The notes: generated from the letters alone by a model not told the origin. A DNA stretch of 64,000 bases from Rubripirellula sp. (GCA_965216875.1 OZ244207.1:6304001-6368000); one strand, 5' to 3'. Shown: positions 47,954 to 59,536, numbered from the stretch's first letter. Program-made: numbers and translations.

Positions 47954-49696
47954 CTATTCACCTTGGACACGAACGGCCAAGCCGATGTCGAGTCGATCAT
48001 CGGTGGTCGCCAAGTCAAACGACATCTCTTTGAAGTAACCAACGACTTCGAGAACCAAGTCGATCACCGCTTCGGCTTCTTCGCGGGTGTTTCCATCTTC
48101 GAGCATGTTCTGTGCGATCAGTTGTCCGCGATTGTCGTTCAGCACGTCCCGCAACACCGACGCATTGAGCACTGCCTCGGAGTTCTTTTCGATGCTTTGA
48201 CTCGATGGCTTCACCGAAACGAGATCCTTGGCCAGCGTTTTTGTGCTCGACACAACAAACCGACCACCATCAAAGGCGACCGTTGGTGAAAAGTTGAAGA
48301 TGATGGGCGCTTGAGTCGATTCTCGATCATCTTCTTCGGGAACAAAGGTTGAACTGACCAGTTCAATGTCGTCTTCGAGTTTCTCCATGTCTAACTCGAG
48401 TTGGTTCTGGCCGTTCATGGCACCAATGACATTCAAAAAGCCGACCACGCTCTGGAACGTGCGGCGCAGCTCGCGGGTCATCGTTTCGGGTTCACGAAGA
48501 CGCATCACCAATGCGAACGAAGGCAGCTTGATGGTCGGTCGAGGCAATATCCCTTCGAACTCTTGCCGGGCCGCGATGAATCCAACTTCGGGATGAACCG
48601 AACCGAGGATGTCTTCACCGAAATCACGTCCTGCGAACAACGTGCTCAGGTTTGCATCGGCTTGAGCGAATTGATCGTTGATGCGTTCGCTGAATAGATC
48701 CCCCGCTTGCAGCCACATTTCCGAAAAGTCGCGGTAGGTGCTTAATGAAAACAGTGTCTCGTCGACTTCGGCGACTTCAGGACCATGCCCTTTACCATCA
48801 GGTCCGAAGTAGTATTCGCGCACTGTGGGCACCCAGCTGGATTGGTGTGGCATGCTAATGGCGAATTGCAATCCGGATGCGTCGATGTTGGTCGACGCCG
48901 TCATGTAGGGAGTCTTGTTGAGCGTGCTTTGAATCCCACCAACAAGCAATTCCAATGCCGGGTTATCAATCTGCTTTTTGTAGATCCCTTTGCCCTGCTC
49001 CGTTTCGCGAACCGCTTGGACATCAAAGAAGGCCCACGCGGTTTTTGCATTTTCCTGTTCGGCAAGGGCTCGTTGATAACGCTCGTTGTCGGCAAGGCTG
49101 TCACCTTCGCCATCGATCATTCGATCGAGGACGGCTTGGCCAATTTTGTTGGCCAGTGTCACCACCATCCGGTCCTCGACGACGGCAAACTTGGCTTTAT
49201 TGATTTCGGTGACTTCCACGTCGCGATATTGGTGTGTGTAGATTTCATCGGCGTTCATACCGAACTTGGCCAGCGCGACGAGCTTGTCGCGAAAGTGGGT
49301 CATCGAATCGGCGTCGGCACCATGTATCACCATCGCGACGGAGTTCTTTTCCGCCGTGTCCATGCCGATTGCGATGCCATGCTTGGCATAGGTCGCGATC
49401 GCTTCACGCCAAGTTTTTCCAAAGTGCGACTCGATAAACAATCGGGTCGTTTGAAAACGCTCAAAATCGGGTGTTTCGGTCGCCATTTTGTACGGCGGAA
49501 GTGCTTCGATCCGCTTCCGCAGCGGATGGTCAAAGATCGTCGTCACCAGGTCATCGGGATCGTGCAGTTCGGCATAGACGATCGTCGAAGCTGGGAAGAG
49601 CGAGGCCGACGACGAAGGGTTCTCAGCGATCGACGTCGATGTGAAGGAGATGCCCGATAGCAGCGCGAGCACCGCGACGGTGGTGGATCGGTTCAT
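47954..49696 (-). CDS. Large secreted hypothetical protein (DUF3352-like)
   Basis: Signal peptide; SLFPASTIVYAEL start; beta-rich pattern; co-oriented with DUF1800/DUF1501. Confidence 0.7.
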   Translation of the reverse strand: MNRSTTVAVLALLSGISFTSTSIAENPSSSASLFPASTIVYAELHDPDDLVTTIFDHPLRKRIEALPPYKMATETPDFERFQTTRLFIESHFGKTWREAIATYAKHGIAIGMDTAEKNSVAMVIHGADADSMTHFRDKLVALAKFGMNADEIYTHQYRDVEVTEINKAKFAVVEDRMVVTLANKIGQAVLDRMIDGEGDSLADNERYQRALAEQENAKTAWAFFDVQAVRETEQGKGIYKKQIDNPALELLVGGIQSTLNKTPYMTASTNIDASGLQFAISMPHQSSWVPTVREYYFGPDGKGHGPEVAEVDETLFSLSTYRDFSEMWLQAGDLFSERINDQFAQADANLSTLFAGRDFGEDILGSVHPEVGFIAARQEFEGILPRPTIKLPSFALVMRLREPETMTRELRRTFQSVVGFLNVIGAMNGQNQLELDMEKLEDDIELVSSTFVPEEDDRESTQAPIIFNFSPTVAFDGGRFVVSSTKTLAKDLVSVKPSSQSIEKNSEAVLNASVLRDVLNDNRGQLIAQNMLEDGNTREEAEAVIDLVLEVVGYFKEMSFDLATTDDRLDIGLAVRVQGE

Positions 49697-49985
49697 GTCA
49701 AAACCTAGCTGGATGTGAGAAGGGGCAGGACCTCGCCGACTACGTTTCGCAGGATTCGTTCGAATCTTGGCGAGAACCTTATCCTTTTTTAGTTTGTTTT
49801 GAGCCGCGTCGCAGACGGTTCCTCTAGAGATACCCGGCATGGCTGCCGCCGGTTTCAGCTACCATGCCAACAATCTGCCGGCCAGCAGATTGTCGTATCG
49901 AAGTACTGGCGGAATCTCTCGGATCTTTCGCCAAAAGGCGGGGCCACAACCGGATCTTGAACGGTCACTCGAAGAGTCATGGCCG

Positions 49986-50900
49986 CTAGGCGTGATTCTT
50001 GACCATGACGACTTCGCTGTAGTCGTTATGAAAGTGGACATCGTCCATGAAGCTGGTGATCAGCATGAGTCCACGACACTGTTCGAGTTCGAATGACTCG
50101 GGTGTCCCCGGAGCGGGTGTCATTCGTGTCAATCGACCGGGACCATCGTGCGAAACCAGGATGCGCGTGTCTTGATCTGCCACCGAAATTTTGAGTTGGA
50201 CGCAACGTTCACTGTAAGGCTTTGAGTCGGCACGAAATTGGATATCATCGACTCCCGAAGGGTCTCCTGAAACCAATTGACTCAGCGCATGGTCTTCGTC
50301 TTGCAGCTCGAGGTTGCCGTAGCAAACCGAGTTGAACAATGCACTTGCTGTGGCGGTCGCCACACGAATGCGCTCGGTGGTGTTCATGCGCCCTGCGGCT
50401 GCGAGTGATTGAATCACAAACAGCGTTGCGGGATGAATTGATTCGACATGATTGTCGAGTGTGAAGCTGAACTCGGGACGCGACAAACTCCCTGAAAAGT
50501 TTGAATACATCTGATCAACATTGGCCATCTTGATCGTTCGATCGACGACGTTGACCAGTAGTTTGCTGAGCGAATTCTTGGGCACAAAATTGGCGGCACC
50601 CAGCGCGAGAGCGTCGACGGCGAGCGATTCGGATCCGCGCGCCGTGACGACAACCGTTGGCAACTGCGAGTGTTCGGCTGCAATCGTTTGCACCAACTCT
50701 TGGCCGTTCATTTCCGGCATCCGCAAGTCGGTGACAACCAAATCTGGATTGAGTTCAGGGATCGCGTCGATCGCTTCCTTGCCGTTGGTAACGCAGTGGA
50801 CGGTGTGCGAAACCTCTTCCAGCAACGAACGCATCAGCACCGTATGCGTTGGACTGTCTTCGGCTAGCAGGATCACCGACATCGGTTGTTCGTCGCTCAA
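49986..50900 (-). CDS. Response regulator with C-terminal HATPase/anti-sigma-kinase-like domain
   Basis: ILLAEDS..VVTDLRMP..FVPK receiver; ALFNSVCYGNLE, HDGPG, RGLMLITSFMD. Confidence 0.85.
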   Translation of the reverse strand: MSDEQPMSVILLAEDSPTHTVLMRSLLEEVSHTVHCVTNGKEAIDAIPELNPDLVVTDLRMPEMNGQELVQTIAAEHSQLPTVVVTARGSESLAVDALALGAANFVPKNSLSKLLVNVVDRTIKMANVDQMYSNFSGSLSRPEFSFTLDNHVESIHPATLFVIQSLAAAGRMNTTERIRVATATASALFNSVCYGNLELQDEDHALSQLVSGDPSGVDDIQFRADSKPYSERCVQLKISVADQDTRILVSHDGPGRLTRMTPAPGTPESFELEQCRGLMLITSFMDDVHFHNDYSEVVMVKNHA

Positions 50901-51027
50901 CGTTGGAAATGATCAAAGGATGGACACTCCCGAATTTAACTCATCGCGAACGTCCTGTGGTGAATTCTGTTTTTCTGGCGGGGATGGCTGTACCACCTCG
51001 GGAAATCGCTCAACGCCAAGCGGATCG

Positions 51028-51090
51028 GTTTGTAGTACCGCCTTTAGGCGGATGAGCACGAAGATTCCGCCTAAAGGCGGTACTACAAAC
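51028..51090. repeat. Perfect REP family A doublet
   Basis: 25-bp perfect inverted repeat gtttGTAGtaccgcctttaggcgga / tccgcctaaaggcggtactacaaac. Confidence 0.92.
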
Positions 51091-51207
51091 GGGAGGCTCA
51101 CGAAGACCACAGTTTGCTTCCCCACCGACGCGATCGATCACCCGCGAATGCTTGGTGCAAGTATGATGTGGCCTTCCCTCCACACCACCCGCCGCATACT
51201 GAACAAG

Positions 51208-53295
51208 ATGAACCGATCTCCTTGGACTCGGGCGATTTGCCTAGCAGCGCTTGCCGTTTTTTCTTTTGTATCAATTGGTCGCGCTGACGGACCCAAAGAT
51301 AATCTTCCCGAGAACGTTCGCCCCATTCCACCAGTTGGGATGGAAGTCCCCGAAGCGACACTCGAAGCACTTGCGTGGCGATGTGCTGCGGTTCGTACGG
51401 AGTGGATGTCGTTGCTCGATGCCGAGGCGAAACGCCAGGAAGGCAAAAAGAAACCCGATCGAACACAACTTGATCGCCTCCGTCGGCTGGAACCCGAAAT
51501 CTTGGTCTTCCCCCGATCCGTTGAAATGGCGATCGAGTTCGGCCAGTTCTACAAACCGATTGATCCCGAACGCGCTTCGAAACTGTTGGATCAAGCGACG
51601 GCGCGAATCAAGATCGTCCGCTCCGGTGGCGATTGGAAAGAGGTCGTGGGCCTCGGCGATGGCAAGTCGCAACAGTTGATCGTTGGTGGTTTTCGCTCAA
51701 AGCTTGATGGGTCGGTTCAACCCTACGGGGTGGTGATTCCTCCCGGGTTTGACCAGTCCGACGCGCGCCCGCGAAGGCTTGATGTCTGGTTTCATGGCCG
51801 CGGCGAAACGCTTAGCGAAGTCGCTTTCTTGAGCACGCAAAGCACCTCGCCGGGAAGGTATTCGCCCAGCGATACCTTTGTGCTGCATCCTTATGGCCGG
51901 TACACCAATGCATTCAAGTTTGCCGGCGAAATCGACGTACTGGAAGCGATCGATTACGTCCAGGCAAACCTACCGGTGGATCAACATCGAATCAGCGTTC
52001 GCGGTTTTTCGATGGGCGGTGCGGCATGTTGGCAGTTTGCAACGCACTACGCCGATCGATGGTTTGCTGCGAATCCTGGAGCCGGGTTTTCTGAAACGCC
52101 CGAGTTCTTGAAATCGTTCCAACAGGAAGACCTTTCAGGAACGCCACCCTACCAACGACGACTTTGGCAGCTTTATGACTGCCCGCCGTGGGCCGCAAAC
52201 CTCAAGCATTGTCCGACCGTTGCGTATAGCGGTGAGATCGACAGGCAAAAGCAAGCCGCCGATGTGATGGAAGCGGCGCTAAAGAAACACCAGATCGATT
52301 TGGTGCACATCATCGGACCGCAAACCGCACACACGATTCATCCAGATTCGAAAGTTGAAATCGAATCGCGCATGGCAGCACTGGCACGGTCGACGACCGC
52401 GGCCGTGCCAAGGACGATCGATTTCACAACGGTTTCTCTTCGCTACCACAAAATGCATTGGCTGGAAGTTCACGGTTTGAAGTCTCATTGGACGCCAGCA
52501 AACGTAAAGGCATCGATTGTCGGCCCCAACGAGATCGCGGTTGATTCAGCCGGCGGAGCGACTGAGTTGCGGTTGAGTTTTGATTCAGGTCAGTGGCCAG
52601 GCGCACCAAGCGGACCGGTCCACGTCAAGATCGACAACGAAACCGTGATCGGCCCTCACGTTGGATCGGATCGTTCTTGGTCCGTGAACCTAAGCCTTCG
52701 CGGAGAGAAATGGATTGTTGGGAAACGAGACAACGAACTTCGCAAGCGACCCGGTTTACAAGGGCCGATCGATGATGCGTTCATGGATTCGTTCTTGTTC
52801 GTCTTGCCGACAACGGTTAGTGGTGATGAAACCGTCCAAGCGTGGCTCGAGGCCGAATCCGAACACGCGATGACCCACTGGCGAAAACACTTTCGAGGTG
52901 ACATTCGCTACGTTCTCGATCGCGATTTGACAGGCGAACAAATTGCCGCGCACAACTTGATCGTTTTTGGCAACCGCGACTCAAGTCTGGTGATCAAAAA
53001 GATCATCGATCAGTTGCCGATTGAGTGGAATGACGAGCACATCAAAGTGGGTGATGCCGAAGTGCCACGTGACGGCCACGTGCCCGTCTTGATTCACCCG
53101 AATCCGCTCAATCCCGATCGCTACGTTGTGCTCAATAGCGGGTTCACCTACCGCGAGTACGACTATTTGAACAACGCCCGCCAAACGCCAAAACTGCCTG
53201 ATTGGGCATTGGTCGATATTCGTGGTGGCGCGACCTCTCGGGATCCCGGAAAGGTTGTTGCCGCTGGCTTCTTTGGCGAGGACTGGAAGCCGTAG
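51208..53295 (+). CDS. Secreted alpha/beta hydrolase (S9 peptidase/esterase-like)
   Basis: Signal peptide at ATG 51208; SKLDGSVQPY, WFHG, GFSMGG nucleophile elbow, GEID, AH. Confidence 0.85.
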   Translation: MNRSPWTRAICLAALAVFSFVSIGRADGPKDNLPENVRPIPPVGMEVPEATLEALAWRCAAVRTEWMSLLDAEAKRQEGKKKPDRTQLDRLRRLEPEILVFPRSVEMAIEFGQFYKPIDPERASKLLDQATARIKIVRSGGDWKEVVGLGDGKSQQLIVGGFRSKLDGSVQPYGVVIPPGFDQSDARPRRLDVWFHGRGETLSEVAFLSTQSTSPGRYSPSDTFVLHPYGRYTNAFKFAGEIDVLEAIDYVQANLPVDQHRISVRGFSMGGAACWQFATHYADRWFAANPGAGFSETPEFLKSFQQEDLSGTPPYQRRLWQLYDCPPWAANLKHCPTVAYSGEIDRQKQAADVMEAALKKHQIDLVHIIGPQTAHTIHPDSKVEIESRMAALARSTTAAVPRTIDFTTVSLRYHKMHWLEVHGLKSHWTPANVKASIVGPNEIAVDSAGGATELRLSFDSGQWPGAPSGPVHVKIDNETVIGPHVGSDRSWSVNLSLRGEKWIVGKRDNELRKRPGLQGPIDDAFMDSFLFVLPTTVSGDETVQAWLEAESEHAMTHWRKHFRGDIRYVLDRDLTGEQIAAHNLIVFGNRDSSLVIKKIIDQLPIEWNDEHIKVGDAEVPRDGHVPVLIHPNPLNPDRYVVLNSGFTYREYDYLNNARQTPKLPDWALVDIRGGATSRDPGKVVAAGFFGEDWKP

Positions 53296-53376
53296 CGAGA
53301 TAGCCTCGTCCATCGAACCTTCTCGGTCGGATTCGTGTCATCCAAAGATGACGCTACGATTTCGGGAGGATGAGCC

Positions 53377-53826
53377 ATCACGATTCTTTACGTTGATATG
53401 GATGATGTGATGTGCGACTACACGCGCACACATCAGAGGGGCCTCGCGGCCAATCCAGCGACCGCTTTTCCGCAGAGTGTTGCGGGGTTCTTTCGGTCAC
53501 TACCCGCGATCTACGGCGCGGTCGAGGCGGTCGAGCGACTGCGCGATGAATTTGATGTCTATGTGCTCACCGCTCCCTCGACTCGCAATCCACATTGCTA
53601 CACCGAAAAGCGGCTGTGGATCGAAGATCACTTCGGTTATGACTTCACAACGAAGCTGATCATCAGCCCCAACAAGGGACTGCTCAAGGGCGACTTTCTA
53701 ATTGATGACAAGTCAAAGGGGCGCGGCCAGGATCAATTCGAAGGCACGTTGATTCAGTTTGGGACGGGCGATTTCCCCGATTGGGACGCCGTGTTGCAGT
53801 ACTTTGAAAAGCTGTGTTGCGTTTGA
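53377..53826 (+). CDS. 5'(3')-deoxyribonucleotidase (NT5C-type HAD); start anomalous
   Basis: In frame ITILYVDMDDV, LTAP, EKRLWI, KGLLKGDFLIDD; in-frame TGA at 53371 and no ATG/GTG/TTG before motif I. Confidence 0.8.
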   Translation: MTILYVDMDDVMCDYTRTHQRGLAANPATAFPQSVAGFFRSLPAIYGAVEAVERLRDEFDVYVLTAPSTRNPHCYTEKRLWIEDHFGYDFTTKLIISPNKGLLKGDFLIDDKSKGRGQDQFEGTLIQFGTGDFPDWDAVLQYFEKLCCV

Positions 53827-53835
53827 CGGTGGACA

Positions 53836-54072
53836 CGTGAGCCGAACGCGCTAGTCGGTAGGCCGGATCAAGGAGCGACAGCGACGCGGATCCGGCATAA
53901 TCTTGGTGAGCGGTAAGACGCCCAGAAAGCCCCGATGCTGTGCTGCCCGCAACCCGCAGCTACCTTCGCCAGAAGGTGCTTTCCATCAGTTGACCGCTTG
54001 CCACGATCACCACGCTCTGGCGAGCGTAGCTACGTTCTGTGCAGGGCCCGACGCTAGCGCGTTCGGCTCATG
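53836..54072. repeat. Nested REP mosaic: C[ D, B..B ]C
   Basis: C arm at 53836, D at 53858-53898, B arms at 53956 and 54010-54034, inverted C arm at 54044-54072; between convergent genes. Confidence 0.88.
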
Positions 54073-54097
54073 TGCACAGACGAGTTGTAAGCCAGGC

Positions 54098-55441
54098 TCA
54101 CGCGATCGCCGCCTTCGTCGAGGCGCGCCAATCGAGTGCTAGGAACGCCGTCATGCAAGCGGTGGCGGCAACGGTGACTGCAAGCAGGCCGCCCAAGAAG
54201 ACAGGCCACCCATAATCTTCGGCGATCGTCCCACCGAAAAAGTTGAACAATAGCGCGCCGATGTAGCCAAAGATGTCGATCGTTGCGACGAGAAAGCCGG
54301 CGTGCCGCCCCCCGAAAGAGATCGAAAAGATGCTCATCGGGATGTAGTAGGCGGGCGAGATCACGAAACCGAGTACAAAGATCTCGGCCATTGCGATGTA
54401 GAGTTTGGTGTTCGCTTCTTGTGGTAGTTTCGCGACGTTCCAAAGCAAGATGACGCACGCGTTGGCGGCAACGAGCAGACCGCCAAGGGTGAAGATCAGC
54501 TTGAACTTTGAGAGCCGGTCATAAAGGAAACCCGTTGCAATCAACGCAGCAAACATACCGGCCGGAAAGGCGGCGGAAGCCATGCCGCCAAGACTCCCAT
54601 TTTCTTCCGTTGCCTCCGGCCCAAAGATCGTTTCGGTCAAGTAGATCGGGATGAAGTTGATGAAGTCCATCAGGATGCAAAGAAAGAACAGACTAAAGCC
54701 GATCAGCCAAAACCGGGGGCTGGCCGCAAAATGCACGCAGGCTTGCCCGAGTGACTTGGCGTCAAGCGGATGCGGCTTGTGTTCTTCCTGGTCGTCAGAG
54801 GACTCATTTGAGTCGTGCTCAATCGGAGGAAGGTTTTTGTCTTCCGGTGAATCGTAAAGCAAGAAGTAGGCCGCAGCGACGATTGCGAACGTGACGACGG
54901 CGGTGACGCCAAACACGATTCGCCATCCCACGAAGGTCAACAGGAAGCCGAGCAAGAGACCCGCGCAAATGGTTCCAACGCGTGAGCTTGTCGAGATGAT
55001 GCTCCACACCCTGCCGTATCGATCCGGAGGGTACCAAGCGCCGACGATCTTTGTCATCGCGGGCCAACCGCCCGATTTGACGAACTGGCCAAAGAAGTTC
55101 AACGCGCCCATCAGCACAAATGACGAACAGAACGCGAAGCCGAGATTGGCTGCAGCGGTCAACGCGAGCGCGAGCAGAAACATTCGCCGGCCGCCCAGTT
55201 TGTCCGCAGCAATCCCCGTTGCAAACTTGCCAGCGATCGCGCCGGCGGAATGAAGACTCATCAATTGACCATACGACTCTTTGTCGAGGTCGATGGTGGG
55301 GTCGAGGATCATCGTCGCGCTCGACGCGATCAACGTGTTGCGGCACAGCATGAACGCTGCGTAGCCAACGTACATCGTCAACAGAATGATCCATTGTTGA
55401 CGGTGCAACTCTTTTGCCGTCGGATTGACTTCGCTATTCAA
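54098..55441 (-). CDS. MFS transporter (GlpT/UhpC organophosphate:Pi antiporter-like)
   Basis: 12 TMs; GYAAFMLCR, GKFATGIAADKLGGR, GWP..WYP..GR. Confidence 0.88.
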   Translation of the reverse strand: MNSEVNPTAKELHRQQWIILLTMYVGYAAFMLCRNTLIASSATMILDPTIDLDKESYGQLMSLHSAGAIAGKFATGIAADKLGGRRMFLLALALTAAANLGFAFCSSFVLMGALNFFGQFVKSGGWPAMTKIVGAWYPPDRYGRVWSIISTSSRVGTICAGLLLGFLLTFVGWRIVFGVTAVVTFAIVAAAYFLLYDSPEDKNLPPIEHDSNESSDDQEEHKPHPLDAKSLGQACVHFAASPRFWLIGFSLFFLCILMDFINFIPIYLTETIFGPEATEENGSLGGMASAAFPAGMFAALIATGFLYDRLSKFKLIFTLGGLLVAANACVILLWNVAKLPQEANTKLYIAMAEIFVLGFVISPAYYIPMSIFSISFGGRHAGFLVATIDIFGYIGALLFNFFGGTIAEDYGWPVFLGGLLAVTVAATACMTAFLALDWRASTKAAIA

Positions 55442-56711
55442 CAGACGGCTCGGCGGATGCAGGTTGCTGGACGCTCGCTTTGGAGTTTTCGTTTTTGCTG
55501 GATGTTTGTAGCAGTCCCCCGTTATCGCTCGATTCGATGCCGAGCATCTGCCGAAGCCTTGCGTCCAATTCGGTCATCACTGGGTCGGCTTGACCGCGAA
55601 CACGCTTTGCCGACACTTCAATCGCTTCACCGACTTCAACCGATACGGACATCGGCCGGTAGACGCGACAGAAATCGGTCAGGTCTTCTTCGAACTTTTC
55701 GACCGTTTCAAGGAGCCGTTCGCTGGTCGGATTGGAACGAACATAGTTGGGCGGGTAGTGCCCGAGTTGCTGAGCCAAGTACATGTCGGCAAGTTGATCC
55801 CAACGTCTCGCTCGTTCGTCATCATTGATGTTGCCTTCGATCATGTCGGGCAGAATGGCAACTCGAAGCTCTTTCACACGTGCGACCACCGTTTTTCCAC
55901 CGGACGACTTATCCGGAAGCCATTCCTGTTCGATTGGCAACAAGATGCCGTCAATCAACTTTCGTAGCCGGTCGTTCAGGTCACCCGATTGAGGCGAGCC
56001 AAAGTATTCGATCTCTTTAAGCCAAAGCAACGCTTCGCCAACACGGTAGATTCGATCGAGCAGGCTCGCATCCCGTTTGGGTCGCCAGGCAAGGCGATGT
56101 TCGATGTCATCGAGCGCTGAATGCAGCTCCGATTCCACGTTGCCATGAACGTGGTAGCGCAGCGCCATCGGGTGAAAGACGACCCCCGCTTCTTGTTCTT
56201 TGCGTTTTTTTGCCGCCGAGCGAGCAACGAAGGACAATCCCTCCATCAAGGCGATCAGTCGATCATTCGTGCGCGTGATGACACCTTCGGGGAAGATCAC
56301 GAGCGGACGCTGAGCCTCGGCGACAATGTCGACGGCCGTCTGCAATGCTTGGCGATCCATCCCTTCGCGATAAACACTGAACGCTCCGGCACGCCGCAGA
56401 ATAAAGGCTTGCAGTCGGCTGCCCATGAACAGATGCCAACTGGCCATGGTGTGAGGGATGAGACCGGCCTGGCCACACACGTGATTGACGACCAACGGAT
56501 CAGCGGGACGGCAATGATTGGGCGCCAAGATGATGCCTCGCCCCATTTGCTGGGACTGACGCAAGTGTTCCAAGCCTGTGCACTCGACCGACTCGATGCC
56601 ATAGTCCTTTTTAAGCTGTCGCGGCAACATCCACTGCAGGATTCGCGGCCACCATCGACCACGGTACGGTGGTACAAATTCGTAGGGTTTGTCGATGACG
56701 ACCGGGTGCAT
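55434..56711 (-). CDS. Phospholipid/glycerol acyltransferase (PlsC superfamily)
   Basis: NHCRPAD (NHxxxxD), GAFSVYR, IFPEG; overlaps the MFS start. Confidence 0.9.
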   Translation of the reverse strand: MHPVVIDKPYEFVPPYRGRWWPRILQWMLPRQLKKDYGIESVECTGLEHLRQSQQMGRGIILAPNHCRPADPLVVNHVCGQAGLIPHTMASWHLFMGSRLQAFILRRAGAFSVYREGMDRQALQTAVDIVAEAQRPLVIFPEGVITRTNDRLIALMEGLSFVARSAAKKRKEQEAGVVFHPMALRYHVHGNVESELHSALDDIEHRLAWRPKRDASLLDRIYRVGEALLWLKEIEYFGSPQSGDLNDRLRKLIDGILLPIEQEWLPDKSSGGKTVVARVKELRVAILPDMIEGNINDDERARRWDQLADMYLAQQLGHYPPNYVRSNPTSERLLETVEKFEEDLTDFCRVYRPMSVSVEVGEAIEVSAKRVRGQADPVMTELDARLRQMLGIESSDNGGLLQTSSKNENSKASVQQPASAEPSVE

Positions 56712-56844
56712 AGTCGCTCGTTGAATGCGTTGGCTTGAGGCGGTGTCGGGAAACAGCGAAACGCGATATTACCAGATCGCATGCAACGTTGCTCATCATC
56801 GTGGGAGCCCGATCCGAGGGCATCGCAGCGCGGAATTCACGCTC

Positions 56845-56982
56845 TTCCGCCTGAAGGCGGGACTACGAACGGCGTAGGCCGGATCAAGGAGCGACAGCGA
56901 CGCGGATCCGGCATGTGAGCTAGCCAGCGCCTCGCCGCTTAAGTCTGTTAAGGCCCGAGGCCTGACGGCCGGCGGCTCACGG
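56845..56982. repeat. REP mosaic: A half, D copy, degenerate C arms
   Basis: ttccgcctgaaggcgggactacgaac; GTAGgccggatcaaggagcgacagcgacgcggatccggcat identical to 53858; aggcccg..cggctcacg. Confidence 0.85.
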
Positions 56983-57178
56983 GCAGAACATGCTGTCCAC
57001 AACGATGGCGACTTGGCCTCTGTTCTCGTTCTGAGCGACTATCGGCAACGTTGAGCAAAACTGCAAATCGCACCGGCGGCGTTTTTCTGCCAGTCTTCTA
57101 ACATAGGCATTTTCCGGAGACCTCCGACTCGATCTCCAGACTGGCCTTCCACACCGACCATCCAAGGATAAAGCCTCT

Positions 57179-58081
57179 TTGACTGACTGGATCTTCCTGA
57201 GTCTGATCTCGGCTCTCTTCCTTGGCTTCTATGACATTGCCAAGAAGACATCGGTCAAAGGCAATGCGGTACCGCCGGTGCTGTTGCTAAACGTGACTAC
57301 CGCCGCTCTGGTTTGGTCGGTGCCGATCGCGATCTGTTACCTATCGACCGATTCAAGCGGCGAAGGCTTTGCTTCGATCAGCCATTTGTCACCCCGGCAG
57401 CATGCATTGTTGCTGGCCAAGTCGACGCTGGTTGGCATGTCATGGACGTGCGCTTTCTTTGCGCTCAAGCACCTTCCACTTTCGATCGCAACGCCCATTC
57501 GCGCAACCAGTCCCCTGTGGACGATTTTGATTGCCGTGCTGGCGATGGCGGAGAGTCCAAACATCAGCCAGTGGATTGGGATCGTCGTGGTGCTGGTGGC
57601 GGTGCTTTTCTTTTCACGCGTTGGCGCGAAAGAGGGGATCCATTTTCATCGCGACCGCTACGTTGCATTGATGGTGGCCGCGACCCTGCTGGGTGCGGCC
57701 AGTGCGCTTTACGACAAGTACTTGCTGCAAAACGAAGGCCTTCATCCAGCGGCCGTCCAGGCATGGTTTTCGATCTATCTTGTGCCGGTGATGATTCCGC
57801 TGTCGATCCGCTGGTGGAAACGCGAACGCCAGGAAACGCCCTTTCAGTGGCGGTGGTCGATTCCGTTGATCGCACTCTTTCTGCTCGTCGCCGACTATGC
57901 GTACTTCACTGCGATGGCCCAGCCCGATGCACTGATCAGCGTTGTTTCGCCGCTTCGGCGGGCCTCGATCATGATCCCGTTCCTATTTGGGATCGTGCGT
58001 CTGAAGGAACAGAATTGGCGAGCCAAGACGCCCTGCATCGCAGCGATGTTGGTTGGCGTGGTTCTGATCGGCCAGAAGTAG
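57179..58081 (+). CDS. EamA/DMT family transporter
   Basis: 10 TMs in two repeats; ALKHLPLSIATPI..SP; YDKY. Confidence 0.88.
   Translation: MTDWIFLSLISALFLGFYDIAKKTSVKGNAVPPVLLLNVTTAALVWSVPIAICYLSTDSSGEGFASISHLSPRQHALLLAKSTLVGMSWTCAFFALKHLPLSIATPIRATSPLWTILIAVLAMAESPNISQWIGIVVVLVAVLFFSRVGAKEGIHFHRDRYVALMVAATLLGAASALYDKYLLQNEGLHPAAVQAWFSIYLVPVMIPLSIRWWKRERQETPFQWRWSIPLIALFLLVADYAYFTAMAQPDALISVVSPLRRASIMIPFLFGIVRLKEQNWRAKTPCIAAMLVGVVLIGQK

Positions 58082-59536
<1,455 letters not shown>

Noticed and set aside
50521..51207. N-terminal 229 aa of the 924-aa ORF
   Set aside because: It is antisense to the response regulator and reads through a REP doublet; a clear signal peptide starts at ATG 51208.
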